A DNA stretch of 64,000 nt from Podarcis bocagei (Eukaryota). Positions 1 through 11,085 of this stretch are shown here, piece after piece (the first letter of the stretch is position 1; each line of letters begins with the position of its first letter). The stretch lies in NCBI GenBank assembly GCA_964188305.1, contig OZ076889.1. One strand, given 5' to 3'. The translations under genes and the position numbers were made by a program. The notes beneath the pieces were generated by a model that was not told the DNA's origin, searched no databases, and was given only the letters and a program-made list of their open reading frames with translations.

Positions 1-629
1 CTCTCAGCCCCTCCGCCTTGCCTGCTGCACTCCTGTCCTTACCACCACCAACCTTTTCATTTTCCTCTCTCATCCCTACCCTTGCCCTAAATCTCCAGCA
101 CCTTCCCACCCTGCTAGGCTTCCTCATTCCAGCATGTCTCTTCATCTTCCTCAGTACCAGCCAGACTGGCTTCTGATTCCTGCAGGGAAGGAAGATTCTG
201 CTTGTGCTTCCAAATGAATATGGAACAAGGTTGGATGGGCAGGTCACCACACAAGGCAGGGCCTTCTCAGTGGTGACACCCCAGTTCTGTTGAGATCAAT
301 TTGAGCCGCACTCACAGCTCCTCCAGTTCACCTGTTAAGCATTCATCCTGATTTGCTTGCACAAGGTTTACACAGAGTTTAGATTGTATCCAGTCTTTAT
401 TGAGCGTTCGTCCTGATCTGTTTGAGCCACCATCTGCATGTTAATCCTCTGTTGACCTACTTTTCGGTGCATTTCCCGCTCACTTTCGAAACCAGTTTCT
501 TTTTAAAAGTGGATTTGTTGCTCCAGGGCACTAATTGTATAAATCTGAATTTCCAGATGCTCTCTCATTGATGGGGAGGAGCTGCAGGGAGAAGAGGAAA
601 TTACACAAATGGCCTCTCTCCACATTCCG

Positions 630-741
630 TTAGATGATTTTGGACTCCACCTCCCCTTAGCCCCAGCCAACATGGCCACTGCTCAGGTTGATGGGAGTTG
701 TAGTCCAGCAACATCTGAAGGCCCACAGATCCCCCATTCCT
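630..741. mobile_element. Palindromic non-autonomous DNA transposon (hAT-like MITE), diverged
   Basis: ttggactccacctccc...gatgggagttgtagtcca inverted core, same family as 9246-9381. Confidence 0.6.
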
Positions 742-839
742 GTTATATGCTCTGTATACTTTTAGGAGAAGAGTAGGATGATGTCGATGATATTTCTTGC
801 ATGACTTGCACCGTTCGTCCCGTGTCGTCTTTTGTGCAG

Positions 840-963
840 GCTTTGAGACTACCGCATGTGGATTATATAGAAGAAGACTCCTATGTGTTTGCTCAGAGCA
901 TTCCCTGGAACCTGGGCCGGATTGTCCCTGTGCAAGACGGATCTACTGAATATAATCCTCCCA
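840..963 (+). CDS. PCSK9: PCSK9 exon 3 (end of prodomain, autocleavage site)
   Basis: cag|[41 protein letters not shown]|gtaggt; 124 nt. Confidence 0.96.
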
Positions 964-3900
964 GTAGGTGATATTTCCATTCAACCATGTGTGCATGAGA
1001 TGCCAAATATCTATGGAGTCAACAACAAAATCCTATGCAGAGGGATGGCGCTACCTATCACTGATTTCTTGGTCTGCCACTATGTGGTTCACATGGGACT
1101 GCATTCCATGGGTGTGGGGCCACCACCAATAAGGCCCTGTTTCACATGCTTGCTGCCCTTACAGCCCTATTTGGGCCTGAGACCGTCACATGACAATAGC
1201 GAGACCAGCTCCAGATCCAGTGGATCTCAGGCTGGCTTAGTCCTGCCCCTCTTTTTCCCCAGGAGAACTCCATCTGGGGGCTTTCTGCTGGCGAATAACT
1301 TGCCAGCTTGCCTCTCATCCCCATGCTTGGCAGCTGACTGGGCTGAGCCAGTGGAGATGAGCAGAGGAACAGCCTTGCTGAATCCACCCACCCAACCCGG
1401 CTTGGTGTGAGGGTTGCTTTGAATTGCTCTGCATGTATTCTTTTTGCAACATAGTTTTTATTCATTTCCTTCTCTAAACTGTTCAACATGATTGCATTGG
1501 GATACATCTTTGTTTACTTTAGAGCATATGACATGCAACAATTACATGAAATTTAAAATGGAAATAAAACAACCATAAGTACTCAGGTAAACGTTTCTGA
1601 ATCTATTAACAAAGTTGTGTCAAAATGGAGACCTTCAGGTGACAAGCAACTAGTAAGTTTAATAAATGAATGAAATAGGTGTTTGTGCCAAAATGATTAC
1701 AATTGTTGCAGATATGAAATTTTATATATAGTAAATTGCATTGATTGCTTTGATGGGTAAAAGGTATTTTGTATCAGTAACAATTAGAATTTATAGGAAG
1801 GGAGGAGGAAGCGGGGAAGGGGGAGAAATTAAAACATGTACTTCATTATACACATGTTTCTGATTAAAACATAAATTTAACAATAAGCAGAGTGGATTTT
1901 CTGAATATCTCTTTTTGTTTTCTGCTAAAACCACTAGATGGTTAAATGCTGAGACCTCAAATAATTACTGGATAGGCTACTTCACTTTTTAAATAGCGAA
2001 GTAGACTGACTCACCCCCACCCCAATTTCCGCTTTCCGAAGATTGCAAATCTGGCCTTAACGACACAGAAACAGAGCAGCCAACTCACTTGTATTGCCTT
2101 TGATCACCAGAATAGAAGGGATAATCGTGTTAAGTCCAATCTTCCATTTCCTTTCCTGCCTGCTCCGTACAAGACAAAATTGGAGCAGCTCCCTTTATAA
2201 ATTGCTTGCGCAAGATAAACCTCATTGTATATTGGCATGCTGGGATGCTGCGTTGAGAGCAATGCCTTCACTGCCTCTTGGCGTCACTGGCTGACTCTCT
2301 CCTCTTTTTAGACAGGGGCGACCTGGTTGAAGTTTATCTGCTGGACACTGGGGTCCAGAGCAACCACCGAGAGATCGAGGGCAGAGTGTTCATGACTGAA
2401 TTTGAGAACGTCCCAGAAGAAGATGGCACTCGCTTCCACCGACAGGTACGCCAGCTCTGCTTCATGAGCGATGACGACTTTCTTGCCACCTTCCCCTTTT
2501 ACCAGGGACGTTGCTAGAACCCTATGTTTATTATGATGGCTCAACCCTGAAACCTTTAGTCCTTGGAGGAGATTTGTGGGATTAAGCACCAGTTACGGTG
2601 TTTCTGTGGGAGCAGCATGTGTAATTCAATCTGTCAGTTTCTTCAGGCCCGCTTTTTCGTTATGTTGAAAAGGGATGCTCGCAACTGTACCCCTGGGAAG
2701 TGGGTGAGTTCTTTGACAGACACTCACCATTGTGGGTGCTGAATGTGCTTCTGTGCATCCCAGTGAGATGCCATTTGTGGACAGACCTGACTGCAGCCAG
2801 ATTCCCTCTGACCAAGATGTTGGATCCTAGTCTTCCCATTGGGTCACTTCCTCTCCTCCAGGGCAGAATGGCCTCTTAAGGTGGTTTCAGATATGTACAT
2901 TGCATGGAGATTTCCAGACTGAATGGCACAATTGCGGTGGAAATCTGTGCACATGCTGAGTGCCATCTTAAGAGGCCTAAAGCCAGTGAGATAAGGTCCA
3001 GGGCAGCATTTTTCAAATAAAATTGAACCAAAATTTTCATACCAACTAATTTTTGCGCTGCAGTTTGACACCTGAGGCTGGGCTTTCATCCTGCCTCTGT
3101 GGGTTGAATTGAAGGGAAAGCCCACAGAAGGAGTCTGGTGGAAGCTGACTTTTCAACCCTGATGGCCTCCACCCCAGAAAAGCCACTCCTTTGGGTTGGG
3201 GTACCTTGTTGAATGGGGTGGGATGTGATGATGATGATAATATATTATTTATACCCCGCCCATCTGGCTAGGTTTCCCCAGCCACTCTGGACGGCTTCCA
3301 ACAAAGTATTAAAATACAGTGGTCTGTTAAACATTAAAAGCTTTCCTAAACAGGGCTGCCTTCAGATGCCTTCTAAAAGTCTGGTAGTTGTTGTTCTCTT
3401 TGACATCTGATGGGAGGGCGTTCCACAGGGCGGGTGCCACTACCGAGAAGGCCCTCTGCCTGGTTCCCTGTAACTTGGCTTCTCGCAGTGAGGGAACAGC
3501 CAGAAGGCCCTCGGCGCTGGACCTCAGTGTCCGGGTAGAACGATGGGGGTGGAGACGCTCCTTCAGGTGCAGTGCGCTCAGGAGGAAGGAGCCAGTCCTC
3601 GCAAATTGAGCAGAAGCACCTTATAGGAGCTACCTCCACCTGACCTCTGAGGATCCTCCCTTAGCCCTTTACACCAGAGCCTGCTCCATTCAGCAGGGTC
3701 CCCTTTCTCCAGGGAGAGGTTTTGGGGGAGGGGGAGGGGCTGTCAAAAGGTGGGCAGAGTGTGAAAGCCAGCTTCAGCCAGCCCCCTTCTTCAGGCTTCC
3801 CCCTTGGATTCTTCAGTCACAGTGAGGCTTTTGTTCAGGCATTATCAATCAACGTTTTTGTGCTTTGCTGAGTTATTGTCGCATCTGAAAGGCCCCATGT

Positions 3901-6900
3901 GCTCTTGTCATGCTTTAACCGTATGTGTATGGCAGGGGAGGCCCTGTAACATTCATGACTTGCTTTTTAACGTGAGCTGTCATGCCGACAACTTGTTCCC
4001 TTATTCCGTTGCTGAATTCCTCATAAAAACGTGTTACTGTGTTTGGCGGCACCACTGGGATGGTGTTTTCTTGAAGCGGGAAGTGTCAGTTGAGCAAGTA
4101 GGCCAGAGGCAGTTCAGCTGCTTTTTATCTGTAATGACAATCACTCCTTATGTGAAGGATCAAGGGGCTTCCAGCCTCTCATATTTGCGGCACAACCTGG
4201 ATCTGCTTAAAGCCCCTAATCTTTTTCTTGACCTCTGCAGCCCCCCCCCCTCGATTTAGCATGTTAGTAATGGGGAGGGAGAGCAGTCAGTTCTTCACAA
4301 GATGAGATAAAAGGGTTCAGTTGTTTTTGTCTAGCGAAGGGGTGAATAATGGGGCCGTTGGACAGAATAGAATTTCAAGATAGCTTTGAAAGGATGAAAT
4401 TATGGCTCCAGTCATGCCTACCCTTTTACATTGGGAGCATTTATTCTTCTCTCCCTGCGCCTTCCAATAATGGTAGCATTTAATCAATTACTGTCCTGAA
4501 TTATGTCTTCACATCACCCCGACATTCTACCATTGCTCTTTTTCCAAATACAGTGGTACCTTGGGTTACATACGCTTCAGGTTACAGGCGCTTCAAGTTA
4601 CAGACTCCGCTAACCCAGAAATAGTACCTCGGGTTAAGAAGTTTGCTTCAGGATGAGAACAAAAATTGCGCGGTGGTGGCAGGAGGCCCCATTAGCTAAG
4701 GTGGTACCTCAGGTTAAGAACAGTTTCAGGTTAAGAACAGACCTCTGGAACGAATTAAGTTCGTAACCCGAGGTACCACTGTAGTTTTCAGTAAAAATTA
4801 ATTTAGAATTCTGTAATATAATTCAGTACTTCACATTCTTTGGGTTCCTCTTTTTCCTCATGTCTGTTGAAGGCAACGGAACCACTTGGTTCTTTAGCCA
4901 CGCAGAGGCCGCAGGGTGGTTTTAGACCCGAGGACGTGAAGGATTGCCATTCATGGTGTGCGCGAGGGGGCAGAAGCAGGTGATGAATGGCGAACTTTAT
5001 GCTTTGTGGCAGGCCAGCAAGTGTGACAGCCACGGGACCCACATGGCTGGCGTTGTGAGTGGGAGGGATGCCGGCATCGCCAAAGGAGCCAGCGTGAGCA
5101 GCCTCCGAGTGCTCAACTGCCAGGGGAAGGGCACTGTGAGTGGCACTCTGATGGGTGAGTAAGCAGCAGCTGTTCGTCAAGGGGGAGCAGAACTCTGGAG
5201 TCCAATCTGTCAAATCCCAGCCAGACTTTGGATGTTGCTGATCCACCACCGCCTGGGGGAGGAGCCTGTTAGGTTGAATGGACTTAGATATTCAGTCCAG
5301 TTCTTATGAACTCAGCTCTCGCTTTGTTTGGCCCCCCCCGGTCAGGTTTAAAAACAAAAGGGGGAGAGAGAGAGAATGCGGTCAAAATCTAATTTATATT
5401 GAGAGACGGAGCTTATTTTGTGGTTTCATATTTGAGGACCCCAAAGGAGAAATACTTACGAATTTAGTGGAAGTATGTTGACCTCCACAGCCCACTTTAA
5501 TGGTTGAATGGACCTGTCAGCTGGACTCTAGCCCAAGAAAGTTTCTGCCATAACAAATGTTTGTCTTTCAAGTCCCACAAAAGTCTTCTGGGGTTTTTTT
5601 TGTTTTGTGCTATCAAGGGCTGACCCTTTTGTCCATTGCACTTTCATGGTTCCTAACTTTAAAACAAACAAGACGTTTTCTTCTCCTTCCTTTTCTGCAT
5701 AGTAGGACAGATGTGTGTACAAAAATCTCCTTTCCCTCTTTCACATGTGCTCTACTGGTTTGTCTCCCCAGCTCAGAAACAGGGCAAAGCACACACTGTG
5801 AAGAGTCGTGCCTTGTGCTCTCTCTTTTGAGCAAGACAGCTCAGCTGCCCATTTCCTTTTTTTCACATGACAGGATTGGAGTTCATTAAGAAGACCCTGG
5901 ATATCCAGCCCTACAGCCCTCTGGTTGTCTTGCTTCCCTTGGCTGGTGGCTACAGCCACATTCTGAACATGGCCTGCCGCCTGATGGTCCGGATGGGGGT
6001 GGTGATAATCGCTGCAGCGGGCAACTACAAGGAAGATGCTTGCTTGTATTCACCGGCATCAGAACCAGAGGTACGTGAGAGGGTTAGCTTGCTCCCTTGT
6101 TCTAGGCCCGTAGTAAAGTAGTCCAGTAATTATTTGTGGTGCCCCAAGGAAGCTTCCAGATTATCTCATCACGGGTACATCTTTCACATGGTTGTAAACA
6201 CAGCGCTCTTCCATTGAGACAGTTTGCCGCACGGACCTGCCACTCATCCACTGTGCGGTTGCCAAGTACTGACTGGTGCACACACCTGGGCTAGCCTACC
6301 TGCCATTTGATGGAATATTAGCACTCCAGGGCAAGGCATGGAAAGATGGGCGACTGCTGCCACCTGCATCCTCCAAACCAAGGACTGGGCAGCTTACGGA
6401 TGGAGAAAGATTGCTGCCCTAGAACATGCTGCGGATATCTTGGCCAAGCCACAGGTTCCTTTCTGCGACTACATTGACTCCAGATATAAAGTGGGGGAGG
6501 CTGGCACTTAGCCTTGTGGGTTGTGATTCTCAGAGCAGGGTCTATACCACAGCCCACTTATAGAGTTGGCTGAAGAGGAATGTTCAAATTAACTGGGATC
6601 TCTAGTGACATTTTGGGGAAAAGATGGTTTGGGGAGGAAAGTAGCCATTAAAAACACACACGCTAATATTTTCTGGAGTCTCTGGTCACATCCACACCAT
6701 GCTCTCTCCCTATAGCACCATTATACCACTTGATGATAATAGTCGTGGAGAATCCTGAAATCTTGTTCGGGTGCTGGGAGTTGTAGCTCTGTGAGGTCAG
6801 CACCCTTCACAAGCCACAGTTCTCAGGATTCTTTGGGGGAAGCCACAACTGTTGAAGCAGCGTAAGAATGCTCTAAACCAGAGGTTGGCAATCTAAGGCC

Positions 6901-9900
6901 CATGAGCTGCCACCGAACCAAGCCGCCCAGTCGGCAAGTCCCGATGCACTGTGCTAAACCAGAGCAGCGCAGCGTGGGGACTCTTCCACGGTGCTGGAAA
7001 TCACTTCTGGGCATGCCCAGACGCTGAAAATTGCTTCTGCACAGGCACGGTTTTCGGCGTCTGGGCATGCGCAGAAGCAATTTCCGGCACCGCAATTTCC
7101 GGCACCGCGGACATGCACAGACGTGATTTCCGGCGTTGCGCTGCGCCAGCCCAGCCCACGGAGGATCTCGCGGGAGTGATCCGGCCTATGCCCAGTAAGC
7201 CTGGCCACCCCTGCTCTAAACACCTGGGGTGGACAGGACCTCTTCCTGGTGTTTCTGGGTGTTTTCCCATCAACGTTGCACCCTGTGCTTGTGCTGTTTA
7301 AATATACACTAGAGTTTAAAGGTAGGTTTGACAGTGGAACTAATTACTCAGGCCAATTGGCAGTGGGATGTCTCTTGCAGAGGACAGACAGTCCATCTGC
7401 TGGAGGTTTCCTGCATTTGATGGCTTCTGCCATCTAAGACCCTCTGTGACTCTAGGAGTTTGCCTTTCTTCTTTGCTCCACGCCAGCCATGATTAGGTCT
7501 CGTGTTGTCATAGGTTATCACGGTGGGGGCCACCAATGTTCAGGACCAGCCTGCTTCCATGGGCTCCTTGGGGACCAACTTTGGCCGTTGTGTGGACATT
7601 TTCGCCCCCGGAGACGATATCATCGGTGCCTCCAGCGACTGCACGACTTGCTTCACCTCGCAGAGCGGGACATCCCAAGCAGCTGCGCACGTGGCAGGTA
7701 AAGACCTTACGGCAGAATTTGTGTGACTGCTGCACGGCTCCCAGCAGGGTCGAACTCACGGAATCTCTCTGTGTCTCTGGTCACACCCACTCCAAACATT
7801 TAAAGCACATGGCTTCCCCCAAGGAATCCTCTGTAGTTTGTCAAGGATGCTGGGAATTGTAGCTCTGTGTGAGAGGTGAACCGTGGTTCCTATAAATTTT
7901 TTTTTTGTGGGCGGGGGGAGCTGTGTGCTTTAAATGTGTGTTAAACGTGCTTCAAATGGCCCGGTGCAGATGTGACCTTTGAATTTGTCGTTTTGAGCCT
8001 CCCATTCTCAATGGTGAAAGGCAAATATTTTCTCCCGCCTCATTTTCTCTATCTCATCAAGCAGTCAAAACCCTAACACAGAACAGTGAATTAATGAAGG
8101 TTTTCCTCATAGTGGCCCCCATCACTCAGGACTGCATGCAATTACAGATATGCCTCCACTCCTGCAGCTTCATGATTCATCGATGGCTATTTTTCATATA
8201 GATATTCCCCCCCCCCCGTCCCACATATTAAGCACATGCATGATGGCAGGAGGAGGATTGCACTAGCTAATAACAATAACAATAACAATAATAATTTATT
8301 TTTTATACCCCACCCTTCTGGCTGGGTTTCCCAAGCCACTCTGGGCGGCTTTCAACAAAATATTAAAATACAATAGTGCATCAACCATTAAAAGCTTCCC
8401 TAAACAGGGCTGCCTTCAGATGTCTTCTAAAAGTCTGGTAGTTGTTTTTCTCTTTGACATCTGGTGGGAGGGCGTTCCACAGGGTGGGTGCCACTCCCAA
8501 GAAGGCCCTCTGCCAGTGCCCTGGATGTAAATGCGCCCGCTGGATTCATCCCACATTTGGCAGTAGTGTGAAAGGGACTCTATGTACATAGGGCTTCTCC
8601 ATGGGTCTAAGCCTAGTTTCAAGACTAAATCAGCCTTGGTTGACCTGATGGATTACCTTTATCATGAGATAGTGGGAGGGCAACCTTGTTTCTCATACTC
8701 AACCTTGTTTCTCTCAGCTGCCTTTGGAAAGGTTGGCCATGGTCTCCTCCTAGATGGACCGATTGGGGTGTGTGTGTGTTGGAGGCTCTATATTGCAGTG
8801 GTTCTGTTCTTACCTGTGTGTTCAAGCCTGGAAAGTAACATCAGGGGAAGTGCTTTTTGGCCTGGTCCTAATGCTATGGAGCTCAATAGGGCGCCATTTT
8901 GTCCCCAATGCTATTTAACATCAATATGAAGCTGTTGGGAGTGCTCATTAGGGGTTTTGGAGCACACTGCCGCCAGTATGTTGACGACCCACAGCTCTGT
9001 TTCTTCATAAAATCTAAAAATAGGAGGGGGCTGTGCAAGCCCTGGACCGGTGCCTCAATGCAATGGTGGACTTGATGAGGGCTGATGCACTGAATTTGAA
9101 TCCTGGGAAGACAGGGTGGATAGGTGGTTCCATGTCTGGAAGATAGGGCCGTTGCCTGTTATGGTTGGGATTGCACTCTAAAGGAGCAGGTACACAGCTT
9201 GAGGGTTCTCCCAAGTATGTATTTGTCATTTCAAACCCGTTAGAGCATGGGTTCTGAAACTTAGGTCTCTGGCTGGTTTTGGACTACAGCTGCCATCATC
9301 CCTGGCTACTGCTCCTACTAGCTAGGGCTGATGGGAGTTATAGTCCAAAAACAGCCGGAGACCCAAGTTTCAGAAACCCTGCAACATCTTTGTGTTATTA
9401 CAGCCTCTGTAACGAGAGAGGAAAACCGGGATATAAATTTCCTAAATAATAAATAAGCAAGTGACCTCTGTGGTTATAGGTGTGCCTTTTACCGGCTTCA
9501 TCCAGTACACAAGCTAACAGCTGTATCTGGATTGGGTCAGCCTAGCCACTGTAGTTCACAAATTGGTAATCTCGAGACTATATTTCTGCAATATGCTGCA
9601 TGTAGGACTGCCCTTGGGCCTAGTCCAGAAATTCCTGCTGGTGCAGAATGGAGGCAAATGGCCGACTGCATGTGACACCTCTGCTAAAACATCTGCAATG
9701 GCTACCCACATGCTTCCAGGCATGTTACAGAGAGCCCTGACTGGACTCAGCTGGAAGCTGAGCATGCCGTGTTGCTGGTCCCATCCTGTGGAACACTCCT
9801 CGAGCTGGTTAGGCTTTCAAATTTTGAAGACCTGTGCATCTGCTTAATTTTTGGGGTTATCAGCCAGTCATTTTCATGATTATTTTGAAAGGGTTTTTAA

Positions 9901-11045
9901 TGGTGTTTCATATTGCATGGTGGACATTTTGTTGTACATCGGCCTGATATTTTACGAGATGGGTGGCAGCATATAAATACTTTGATAGATAACAAGTAAG
10001 TAGCTAGGAATCTGCCCTGTGGCCCATCAGATCCTCAGTGTCTGAAAGCTGTGGCCTTGGCAGGGCACATCCATGTGAAATGACAGCCTGACCTTTACGC
10101 CACAGAATATTTTCCCGGCGTGTGCACATGCACATGCTCTCGCCCTCCCCCGCTCCTCAGGCTCATTTGGCAGCTTTGTGCGGCTGCAGCTGGGAATGCC
10201 AGCGTGTGTGTCATGGTCTGATAGTGACATGCCTCGTGGGCTGTTGGGCCAAAGGCTGAATGCATCAAAGAGTTAACTGCTGCCAACACATTTCCTTACT
10301 AAATGGTTCTGTGCATCCTGGAGGGTGCCTGTGGCGAGTGTAAAAACAGATATTTTTAAGAAATGAAATATGCAGCTTGAAGGGGAGGAAAGGAAAAGGC
10401 ATTTACTTAACGCAGAAATAACCCCTCCGATTAGGCTATACTGGAGGAAAGGAGTTCCAGATGGCTGAATAATTTGTATTCTGAATTATCGGCAGAAGTA
10501 AACGCCCAAGAACAACAAAGCAATTTGCAGATTAGAAGGTGGTTCTTGCTGTTTGCTTTATCCTGACCAAGACCACCTGGGTGTGTGCACCATTCCGTTC
10601 CATGGAGAAACTGGCTGTTCCATCCATTGAAGTGAATGGGAAAGCTCTTTAGAGTAAAGCAGTGCACCCATCAGAGAACCTCTCTGCCCACAGTGAATGT
10701 ATGTGTTGGGCCAAGTATCTTCTGTGGGGCCTTTCTAAAAAAGCAGACATTTGCCTGTGCTTGCCTCTTCTTCTCTCTCTTTGGCAAGAGCATCAGACTC
10801 AGTTAAGTAGCCTGGATGTAGAACAGACTACGGGGTACAATCCAGCCAAAGTTAAGCACTTTTATGTCTCATTGAGGTCAATGGGAGAGATTCAAGCACG
10901 TGCCCAGATGAGTGGAAGAGCAACGTGAATTCCATCTAAACAGCTGCGCACACAAGAGAGCCCAAACACTGAGCTGTTAATTTCACAGCACACAAACATA
11001 ATTCTGTGATAACAGAAAACAGAAAAAGATAATCGCCCAATCTAG

Positions 11046-11085
<40 letters not shown>

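Noticed and set aside
883-1410. 175-aa ORF, the longest in the track
   Set aside because: Out-of-frame overlap with PCSK9 exon 3 running into intron; no recognisable domain.
6823-7301. Cluster of overlapping ORFs on both strands
   Set aside because: Product of a GC-rich, internally repetitive hAT element.
8582-8929. ORF with reverse-transcriptase-like words
   Set aside because: Decayed L2 RT, frameshifted; not a functional gene.
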